DNA of 23,064 nucleotides from Ginkgo biloba (Eukaryota > Plantae > Ginkgophyta), in the NCBI GenBank assembly GCA_024626585.2, contig JANKJI020000004.1:1165535-1188598 (forward strand), written 5' to 3'. Position 1 is the stretch's first letter. Each line of letters opens with the position of its first letter. The translations under genes were made by a program, and so were the position numbers. Below are positions 12,172 to 21,442 of this stretch, in pieces. Below the pieces are notes generated by a model. It was given only the letters and a program-made list of their open reading frames with translations. It was not told where the DNA came from and did not search any database.

Positions 12172-12173
12172 AA

Positions 12174-12367
12174 TGTTGATAAGGGTTTTACAAGAGGAGA
12201 TAATTAAACAACATATGAAACCATTCATAGGCGATGCATAGAGATGATAGAGAATACAAGGGTTTCATTAGATAAAGGGGAAATTTCAAGAATTGGAATT
12301 GTCCAGACATTACAATACATCATGAGCTCTCTTCTCGGTCCTCTAATCTCATAGATTGACAACCATA
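12174..12367 (-). repeat. LTR end segment of element B, copy 2 (5' LTR), interrupted by element C
   Basis: Matches 8810-9002. Similarity stops at TGATCT (12368). Confidence 0.85.
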
Positions 12368-13559
12368 TGATCTATAATCCTATAAGCTATGTTAGTTAGG
12401 ATTCACCACAAAGATATTGATTCAAGATTTTTCTTAATGTTACTTGCTTTACAATTATTAGAGATTGCACAAAGTAGAGATAACTTGACAAACATTAGAA
12501 ATACTAAGAAAAATAGGATGGAAACACATAAGACACCCTGTTTATCCTATAGAAAAAATCACTATGAGGAAGAAATATAGCATTAAATACTCAACTTCTT
12601 TTATTAAAATAATTTAGAAGATTTACATACAAAGGTACATAATTTTACTCCTTAATGGAGCTTGGAGATTACTGTATTTTTGACTTATAGTAATTCTTCC
12701 AATCTATTTCTCCTCTATTGGTTGTTATCTCCTCACTATTCTCTATCTCTTCTATCTTCTCCCCTCTATCCTCCCTCTATCCTTTGTCCTATATCCTCCC
12801 TCTTCTTTTTCACTGTCCCTTGGAATTCCACTTCCAAAACTACTGAAGATTCTTTTGACCTTATGAATACTCAAATGGTTGAATTAGGACATAATGTTTG
12901 GAAAGATTCTAAAGATTGATGCTATCATGCTACAGTCTAATACTAAGCTTCTAAAACCTCTATATAATTGAGTTATCAACAAAATATAATTTTTATAATT
13001 CCCACTTTTGAAGGGGTAAATGACCTCATTTTGATCAAAATTTTGAAGAGCTTGAGCGTTTCGGTATTCTCCAACTATACTACAAGTTTTTTTAGAATCT
13101 AACTTTGTATGACCAAGTTATGGTCAAAATATCATTCGAATGAGTTTGCCCATTTTCTCGTCAATCGGTTGATTCCCAATTGATTAATGACTGGTAGATA
13201 TTTTTTAGTCACTTAGGTACTGATAGGTTAATTTTCCATTCGCTTAGTGACTAGTAGGATAAGTTTCTATTCACTTAGTGACTAGTATGACAAGTTTGTT
13301 ATCTTCTAGTTTGTAAACCTGTAAAGACATACAGTCACTAAAATGACTATAACTTTTGAACCGTAGCTCCATTTTATGCACTCTTGGTATTGATTCGAAG
13401 CTAACAGACAAGGATACAACTTTACTTTATTGATAATATGATGAAACTATATGGATTTTGTCCAATTTTTCTTTAAATATGACTATTCTAAAATTCTATA
13501 GAAATTAATCTTACATATTGAGTTTATATCCAATTTTTTTGATGATCTAATATGGATCA
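12368..13559 (-). repeat. Complete 3' LTR of element C (about 1190 bp)
   Basis: Termini TGATC...GATCA with adjacent PPT. 12368-12622 aligns without gaps to 16358-16612 (about 43 mismatches in 255 nt by hand count). Confidence 0.85.
13180..13300. repeat. 31-bp tandem motif (about four copies) within the LTR
   Basis: Units at about 13180, 13208, 13239 and 13270. The best copies contain CTTAGTGACTAGTA. Confidence 0.65.
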
Positions 13560-13568
13560 CAACTCCCC
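13560..13568 (-). promoter_or_regulatory. Polypurine tract of element C
   Basis: Minus strand GGGGAGTTG immediately before the TGATC LTR start. Confidence 0.7.
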
Positions 13569-14026
13569 AATTTAGGAGGCTTTTGATCCCCAAAAGATTT
13601 TATTTCCTTTTGAAAGAATTTTACAATGAATTTCCTTTCACCTTTCTTTCTATCTATACCTCCAACAAGTGGAGAAGCCAATGCGTAACTACCCTGTATA
13701 TAGTCTCCAATAGAAACAAAGTTGATAGTATATATATTTTGTTAATTTTTATTTGTGAGTGTCAAATGTATTACAAGTTGTTTCCCAAGTCCTTGAACCT
13801 ATTCATATGGCTTGTTCTTCCTTGGCTTACTTGTACTCCATAATGTACACCCATTGAATCTTTGTCATCAATCTACAAGTTGTCATGCTAGTTCAACATT
13901 TGCCTTCATGCTTCTTGAGGTAGTCTTCAACTGTCATCTAGTGATTTTTTCTCTAAAACTGTTGTCATACATTCCCAATTTAATTCATGCGTATATTGCT
14001 TTCTCGTACACCTCTTGATTTGAGAT

Positions 14027-14450
14027 CCAATGGATTTTCCCTACTTGACATTTTCTAAGTGGAACTGTTTCCCCTTACTTACTCATACAAGTGGTTTGAT
14101 TGCTGATACTTGCTGCTACAAGTGATTTCACTACTCCTACTTACTTCTCTAAGTGGATTATCTCCTCCTACTTGCTACTCCAAGTGGATGTATTATTCCT
14201 TCTTGACTTCCAAGTAGATGGACTATTCCTACTTGTTTTTTAAGTGTATTTACTGCTCTTACCATTTCTCCAAGTGGATTGACTATTCCTACTTGCTGCT
14301 CCAAGTGGATTGCATCCTCCTTCTTGTTCCTCCAAGAAGAGTGTATCCTCTTACTTTCTCTTCACAAGTGATTTGACAATTCTTCCTTACTGGATGGACC
14401 AAGTGGAATAGTTTCCTGCATTTCCTTCTTGTATTTGTCCACAAATGGAA
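14027..14450. repeat. Diverged tandem array of 30-32-bp self-complementary units (about 12 copies)
   Basis: Recurring CAAGTGGA(N8)TCCTACTTG, for example CAAGTGGATTGACTATTCCTACTTGCTGCTC. Confidence 0.88.
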
Positions 14451-14969
14451 TAATGAGTTTACTTCAAAGGGATACTCATCTTGAGTTCTCCTTCATCTTG
14501 CTTGTGTAGGATACAAGAAATACTTCATACTCTACTTCTCAATATGGAATTAAATATTTATCCTATGTTGATCATGATGAAGTTTGTTGGCTCTCCTTGA
14601 GTTTCTCTTATACTTGAGTTGGACCTCCTTGATCCTCTTAATGCCTTTAATGGATTTTTCTTATGTCTCCATCCCTACTTGTTCCTTTATTGAGCATGGT
14701 GTTACAATATGACTAGTACATACTACCAATCAAGTCAACTTCAATTCCTTCAATAACACAAGGATTCTTTCCAACACTAATTCCTTGGTATTCTCATGTT
14801 ATAATGGCTATGCAGCTATATCGATAGGATTTACTACCCTACTTGTCTCTTCCTTGGAGAGTCTCATGTTCTCTCTTATGCTATTGTCATTTTAAGTGTG
14901 ATTTCATTCGCTACTCCTTTTACTTTTCTCTTAGCTTCTATTTACTTCCTTGGAATGCCCAAATTGATT

Positions 14970-16290
14970 CTTAGAATGGAGTTCAGGGTGCAATTTCCAA
15001 CACATTACATCCTAATGTCCACTTATGTTACAATGGCTACAAAATTTATTTCCACTACTCTTAGAAAGTATTTCTTCCCTTTCTTGGATCACATTTGGGA
15101 TTTGTCGGTCTTTCCTCTGGTTCCCCTTATCCCATCTTCCTTTTTGACCTAAGGAGTGGTGCCTACAAGTTTCCTTCTTCTTGAAGTTCTTAGGGTTCTT
15201 AGTGATAGCTAGTTTCATCTAGAACATAGTCATATAATGGTTATGCTTGCCAAAAAATGAACATGGGAAACAATACCAAAACTGTTATGACATATGACCT
15301 CTTCTTATACAAGTAAAACAAAGAATATAAGACTTATTTCCATACCTTATTGAGCTTCCCTTAATTGAACCTGCATCTAGGATATAGAGTGATGATAAAC
15401 CTCCTCTCTGCCTTCTCTTTGGTGTCTTCTTTAGATCTGTCTTCTTTCTATCCACTCCTTTATTCTTAGGGTTCTCTTCTTCTCTAGTTAGAATGAGATC
15501 CTTCTCACAATCTTATTGCTTAATGTGAGAGCCTTCTTCTTGACTATAATATGGCTCACTCTTTATTGTTTCTCTTCCATCAAAATGTAGTTAACTCTTT
15601 GGTGTTTCCTTGCATTCTTCTTAAGCCTTTACAAAGGTAATTTTAGAAGATGTTTCTCTTTGGACTATATTGGAGCATTCTCCAATCTCTTCAATACCAC
15701 CCAAGTATCCTAGACCTACATTCTATAGCCTAGCATTTACCTCAATAGGGTTCTTTATTCCTTGGAAATTCTTGCCAAGTCCTTGGCCATTGTAACCCAT
15801 TTTATTTAGTAGCTTAGTGCCAAATCCTTTAGTGTGCATTTTAATATTACCAAAGGTATCATTTGAAGAAAGTGAAACCAATGAGAATCTTACCTTACTT
15901 GATTTTTTCATGGTTTGGACCTCTTATCTAATGGTGGTCTTCTTCCTAATAGTAAATTTCTCCTGCTCTTGACCCCTTCACACTCTTCTTGTAGCTTGCC
16001 CAATTATCCTTCTTTTTCAGACAACTCTTTTTGTATTTTCTTCCAAACCTGAGCATTTCTATCCTCCAATTATGTAAAATGACTAAGGAGAGATGTTCCT
16101 TCCTATGAGAAATGATTTTTTCATATCTCCAACTCTTCCATTACATGAATGAGGAAATTAGTATGGCTAGAAATATTATGGTGTAGCTCTTCATTCTCCT
16201 TCTCTAAGCATTGGATCATCTTTCTCAGCTCTTGATTCTCTTCACAGTATTGTTGATTGAAGGACCCAAGCTCTTGGAATCTCTCTTATA
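14970..16290 (-). pseudogene. Decayed ORF: coiled coil, G-patch, K/E-rich linker and three CCHC zinc knuckles
   Basis: EENQELRKMIQCLEKENEEL...IQKELSEKEG*LGKLQEECE; [42 protein letters not shown]; LCFTCIRRGHMS*QFW; CSFFGKHNHYMTMF*; FCSHCNISGH*DVMCWKLHPEL. Several stops and frameshifts. Confidence 0.8.
15705..15836 (-). other. G-patch domain coding segment
   Basis: G-patch pattern GxKLLxKMGY.G.GLG...QGI..PI.V......GLGY with one in-frame TAG (15723-15725). Confidence 0.9.
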
Positions 16291-16342
16291 TTGTAACTTT
16301 GCTTATAATTCATATTTTATAGCTCCACAAACCTATAAAATT

Positions 16343-16354
16343 ACTCTGATACCT
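16343..16354 (-). promoter_or_regulatory. tRNA-iMet PBS of element C
   Basis: Plus strand ACTCTGATACCT versus GCTCTGATACCA (10/12), 3 nt from the LTR terminus at 16358. Confidence 0.85.
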
Positions 16355-16357
16355 ATA

Positions 16358-16612
16358 TGATCTGTAATCCTACAAGCTATACTAGTTAGGATTCACCACA
16401 TAGATCTTGAGTTAATGTTTTACCTACTATTACCTATTTTACAGTTATTAGAGATTACAAAAAGTAGAGATAGCTTGACAAACACAATAAATACTAAGAA
16501 AAAAATAATGGAAACACATAAGACACCATGTTTACTCTAGATAAAACCTCACTATGAGGAAAAATGCCAATATTAAATACTCAACTTATTTTATTAAAAT
16601 AATTTAGGAGAT
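16358..16612 (-). repeat. Truncated 5' LTR of element C
   Basis: About 83% identical to 12368-12622. Similarity ends abruptly at 16612. Confidence 0.9.
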
Positions 16613-17405
16613 CTCTTAGATAGTGGATGGTAACGGGTGGATAAAAAAGTGCATAAAGAATTAATGGACAGGGTCTTAAAAGACCTTTGTAAGGTTCACT
16701 TTGAACTAGATTCATAGGTCTTAATGATGAATATGGTCCATGTTTAGGATGAACATTAGAACATTATTAGTGATTATGAAGACTTAGCTTGATGGAGTGG
16801 TTTCATCTAAGACTAACTTAATGAGTCAGAGCATCAACACATTTAGAATATTGGGCGTCCAATGAAAAAATGAGGGTAAGTCTATGCATCTAATGGTAAT
16901 GGATCTATATAGGATTTAAGAGTGATTATAGAGATAAGAAGTAAAGTTATAACTAGAGAAAAATCATCATCTGGATAGAAATATTCATGGGCAATGGGTG
17001 GACACAATAAGCATTATCAAGAATAAAATGTAGTGGTCCTTAAATACTTCTCCAAAATATTAACGAGATAGTCATGAAGCACACTCAGTGATGAGTGATT
17101 TAAAATTTAACTGCTAGGAAAACTAAATAGGATAGGCTCTATGACATTCTATCTCAAAATTGGCCTAATGAAATGGCTAAAGAAGATCCTAAGATATAGA
17201 GGTGGCATGGAAGCTTACATGTGCATCAAATAGATGATGGATCTTATAGGATGCTATATTGGAAAATAAAGAGGATCGATATAACAAATAAATGTGTTAC
17301 AAATGTAATTCCCAAATTTATTGTGATAGTTTATTGGTAGCTTTGTTTTAAGCACACTAAATACATTGGGAAATAATACTGACAAACTTGTACATTCTCA
17401 AGTGT

Positions 17406-17417
17406 TAGCATCAGAGC
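17406..17417 (+). promoter_or_regulatory. Possible Met-type PBS of a further decayed element
   Basis: TAGCATCAGAGC (10/12 to TGGTATCAGAGC), a few bases after ...TTCTCA. No gag recognised downstream. Confidence 0.3.
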
Positions 17418-18595
17418 ATATGCCTTTGCTAGAGATGTGAAGACAAACCCATTCTATACATTGTCTTTATATGTTCACTTGGATACTTGTTAATCGAAAG
17501 ATGCATCTTATATGGATCTGTAATGAACCTGCAACAATAATCATAAAGAAACCACAACCAGATAACAACAGAACGCAAAGATCACAAAAGGACGCAAGAT
17601 GATTATATTATCTTCCACTTCGAGGGTGGTAACCTCCCAATACATAAGATAGCAAAACTCNNNNNNNNNNNNNNNNNNNNNNNNNNNNNNNNNNNNNNNN
17701 NNNNNNNNNNNNNNNNNNNNNNNNNNNNNNNNNNNNNNNNNNNNNNNNNNNNNNNNNNNNTTTATATATTGAAAAGATTTGCCAAATAAATATATTTATA
17801 TAAAATAAGCCACTCAAAGTTTTCCCTGCTACTAACACACAGAAGACAAATGAGGGCCCTTAGATCCTATAAACATGGATTTCAAAATATAGAATAAACT
17901 ATATCTATAGGCACCACATAAATAGTTATATGGATATATAATTCTTGCACTCTAGGAAAACATTTGATCTCACCACTTTCTATCTATAATGAGTAGCCCT
18001 GATATTTTTCAATAATAAAAGTTCTGGTGTCATCAATAGTCTCTCTCATCATTATTAGTGAGAATATTGGGTTGATATCGATGAGATCTTCTCTAACCCT
18101 CATTGATGGACCAACTCATATTAGTGTGGACTCTAGGTAGCTCCATCTTTCATCAGTGAATTGACCCCTATCAATACCACTAAAGAGTTCTTATCCTTGT
18201 TGGTGTCAGTGTAGATGAAGAGCTCATGTCGGTGTTGGCCAAGATACCTCCGACATTCGTCAACAAACCAACTCCTATCAATGTTAGTCTAGATCATTTT
18301 TTACATTAGTCAATTTCTCTGTCCAACAATGCTACTTAGGCCTCCTTAAATCTTTTGTAGTTTGTGTCGACTATAGTAATTTCTATCTTAGGCTGAATTT
18401 TGGCCCAATTCTCAATAAAGTCTCAAACAATAATGAATTTGTCAACTTTGCAGGTTTCCCATGCTATGCCATGCCTTTTTCTCAAAGTATCACAACTTTT
18501 CCTACCCACATCACTCCTTTTCCCTACTACACAATAGGTTTGCTAAAGTTGGAATAAGATGAATTCCTCAACTCTCACACTTGTATTATTTTGTA

Positions 18596-19088
18596 TGTAG
18601 GTTGACATTGATTATATGCATACATATATTCTACCTACAAGGAATCAATTGGCTTATAAGATCTTTAAAACATTGATAATTGAGAATATAAAGAAGCATT
18701 AGAAAAAAATAAGAGATGAAGATAATTGGACAAAATAATAGAAGTATTTAATTACTCTTATCTCTCTCAATCTTGAAAGGAAATTACACATATGTATGAA
18801 TATGGGTATATTTGAGTATATGATAAAGGTTAGAGCTCTCTTATATAAATGAGATGGGTCCATAATTAATCATTCATATCTAAAGTATTTAAGTCCATGC
18901 ATATATTCATTCAACTAAGACTTGTTTCCATGCAAGGAGTACTTCTTTAGTTTAAAATGGTATGCAAGTATAAATTTAGAAAAAACTTTTATATGAGTAA
19001 AAACTCCTAATTAAGTAGGATATATTAAAATAATTAGAATAAGTATAATATCCTCATAATTTTATCCTTTAGGTCATAACTCCCACTA
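18596..19088 (-). mobile_element. Possible 3' LTR and PPT of gag-protease element 'D'
   Basis: Minus strand TAGTGGGA-GTTATGACC resembles a PPT plus decayed TGTTATG LTR start, followed by AT-rich non-coding sequence. Left boundary is a guess. Confidence 0.3.
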
Positions 19089-19486
19089 ATAACTTGATAC
19101 CACATGACCACGTCTCTAGTGTGCTACCATTATTTTGTTACTAAGATCTCCTCGTCTCAAGTACAAGACTTCTTACTAAGTCCTATGAGCTCCTTATGGA
19201 TTATCAATTCCTCCCTCTTGAGGAAGCAATAAAACCCATTGCTTGTAGCTCATTGTCATGGTGCAGTCTTCATTTAGCAAGTTGTGTTGAGGATGATCCC
19301 TCATGTCCTATCTTTTGAATGGCAGTATGTATTTTTCTTGATGTATTGATCCCTTAGTTAATACCTTCACTTTAGCAACTAGCTCCTTGATCCCATCTAC
19401 AAAGAAAGAAATTTGGCGCTCCTTTATTTGAGATGGTAACTTAGCATTGCTCTGTGTGTGGTGTTGATTCGATGATGTAGTTTTAA

Positions 19487-19701
19487 TTTCCCTTAGTCAT
19501 CCTATAATAGTTCCTTCTTTTGTAAAAGATGGCATCTCAATCATATAAGTATGGACTTCTAAATATCACACTTGCATAATCAATATAAACTACATCATAT
19601 AGTACCTCATTAATGTAAGTAATTATGATTAGAAATTTTACCTTGTATTCCTAGGTCACTATGAACTTATGTACCTTATTCATCCATTGGAGCTCATAAG
19701 A
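19487..19701 (-). pseudogene. pol: Ty3/Gypsy aspartic protease, C-terminal part
   Basis: PYELQWMNKVHKFIVT*EYKVKFLIIITYINEVLYDVVYIDYASVIFRSPYLYD*DAIFYKRRNYY, corresponding to PYxLxW...DEVxxDVVPxD...LGxPxLYDR. The catalytic Asp motif is not visible and probably lies in or beside the N gap. Confidence 0.8.
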
Positions 19702-19974
19702 NNNNNNNNNNNNNNNNNNNNNNNNNNNNNNNNNNNNNNNNNNNNNNNNNNNNNCTAAAATCAAGTTTTCATGGCTACCTACATAAAACAAAATTGACAT
19801 TACCTATTACTTGACTTAAATCTTTGTATGAAATAATTCCTTTTGCTCTTGTAAACCCTTAGTTGGGATTTGTTCACCATCAATGTGGTATTTGGTATTT
19901 GGATCATCACTATATATGGATACTTTAGGCACCTCTTTAGAGCCTTCTTTGCGAAGGTGAAGACTCTTCACCTT

Positions 19975-20640
19975 CTTCTTCGACCAACAATTCTCATTAG
20001 AATGTCCCTTGACTTTATAATGAATGTAAAAGTATTTGGGATCATGACCTCTTAACCCCTTAGTTTAAATGTTGTTACTATAAAGTAGTTTATCCTCCTT
20101 CCTAGTGTCCTCCTTTAGTGTATGCTTAAGTATTTTTCTCGCCTCTTCTTTGAATGCAAAGTTGTAAGCCTTACCCAAATTATGAATCTCAAACAAGTCA
20201 AGATCTTGTTGAATGGTGGTGTTAAGTCCTCTAGAAAACTTTAAAACCATTTTGTCCTCAACTTCTTGAATGTTAAGCTAGATCACCATCTTATGGAATG
20301 AATCAATGTCTTGATCCACTGTCTAATGCTTCTCTTACTTCATCCACTACCACTTCTTATACAAATCACTCATGTACCTTAAAGGGCAGAACTTACTCCT
20401 CAATAAAGTCTTAAATTACTCCCATGTGATGATATGTGGATTACTTAGTTTGTTTATGTAATATTCCCACCAAGATAAGGCACACTTTACCATACTTAGT
20501 TTGGCAAAGTTTATCTTCTATAAGTCATTGAATCCTTGAGTATTGTATTAAGTGTTTAAATCTTATATCCAATCATGCATCATTTTTATATTAATGGTTC
20601 CACCATATGGATTGATTTATATCTTAATATCCAACTTGAT
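19975..20640 (-). pseudogene. gag: Ty3/Gypsy gag (Retrotrans_gag plus knuckle), decayed
   Basis: INPYGGTIN..HDWI*DL..Y / KINFAKL / ALSWWE...ITWE*FKTLLRSKFCP...KW*WMK*..TVDQ..SFHK...MVLKFSRGL. The knuckle reads YFYIHYKVKGHSNENCW (two Cys>Tyr). Confidence 0.88.
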
Positions 20641-21112
20641 TTATCTAAGTACTTATAAAGAGGTTGCAGTACCATGCATATCCAAGGATTACATTATCAT
20701 CATCTACATGTGATCCATTTCAGATCCCAAAAGTCATGATTTTTGTCCANNNNNNNNNNNNNNNNNNNNNNNNNNNNNNNNNNNNNNNNNNNNNNNNNNN
20801 NNNNNNNNNNNNNNNNNNNNNNNNNNNNNNNNNNNNNNNNNNNNNNNNNCATATTCAAATGGCAACGAGTGATCCCATTAAGTTTTTGAGAATGGGTTGG
20901 AGAAATAGGATTGTGAACTTCACAACCATGAGACATGGCGACCTATGTTAACAACAAATGTCATTCAAATACTAGTCTGAGATCTGGTGCGCAAAGTGAA
21001 AGGTCCTAGGCATGGTGTGACAAAAGAAACCAACGAAGCTCGTGAACAAGCGTATGCAATAGAACATAAAATCAACTTNNNNNNNNNNNNNNNNNNNNNN
21101 NNNNTATAATGT

Positions 21113-21442
21113 ATGGTTAGAAAACATGACTCTGGAAGAGGACACAAATGCTTCATGATGGGCTTTGAGAAAGAAATTCCCCTAGGCTTGGAACAAATTA
21201 TTCCGAAACTCAAAGCATGGATATTGAATTGTGATCGAGAGTGGCATGATCTTTTTGATGTAAAGTTATAGGCAACCAAAGCCACCAATAAAGCTATTAA
21301 CATTCAAAAGAAACTTCAAGAACTCCGGGAGGAGTTTAAAGAGATAATGGAGGAATCATATAAAATCATTTGGTGTTCAAATCTATCTTTGTATGGAAGA
21401 TTAATGATCTTTGTAAAATATTTAAAGAATTTAGAGAAATAA
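21113..21442 (+). pseudogene. Unassigned ORF remnant of about 110 codons with a coiled-coil-like segment
   Basis: MVRKH...EQIIPKLKAWILNCDREWHDLFDVKL*ATKATNKAINIQKKLQELREEFKEIMEE...LKNLEK*, with one internal stop. No family recognised. Confidence 0.3.

Larger units (their letters stand above)
8810..12367 (-). mobile_element. Decayed LTR retrotransposon 'B' (Athila-like PBS), no pol recognised
   Basis: Direct repeats 8810-9002 and 12174-12367 begin TATTGA/TGTTGA. The right copy abuts a tRNA-Asp-type PBS. The interior shows only weak gag-like remnants and may be composite. Confidence 0.6.
12368..16612 (-). mobile_element. Non-autonomous LTR retroelement 'C' (Copia/SIRE-like signals) with G-patch/zinc-knuckle ORF remnant
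   Basis: Paired LTR segments, Met PBS at 16343-16354, PPT at 13560-13568, and a 2.8-kb interior with no PR/IN/RT/RH motif recognised. Confidence 0.85.

Noticed and set aside
12362-12367. ACCATA before the 3' LTR of C resembling a PBS end
   Set aside because: The same bases occur in the other B LTR copy (8997-9002), so they are target sequence.
14027-14450. CRISPR-like look (palindromic repeats at regular spacing)
   Set aside because: There are no unique spacers, the units are contiguous and diverged, there are no cas genes, and the context is a plant retroelement.
15723-15911. G-patch as an exon of a host splicing-factor gene
   Set aside because: It lies between the PBS and PPT of an LTR pair, is colinear with retroelement knuckles and has an in-frame stop.
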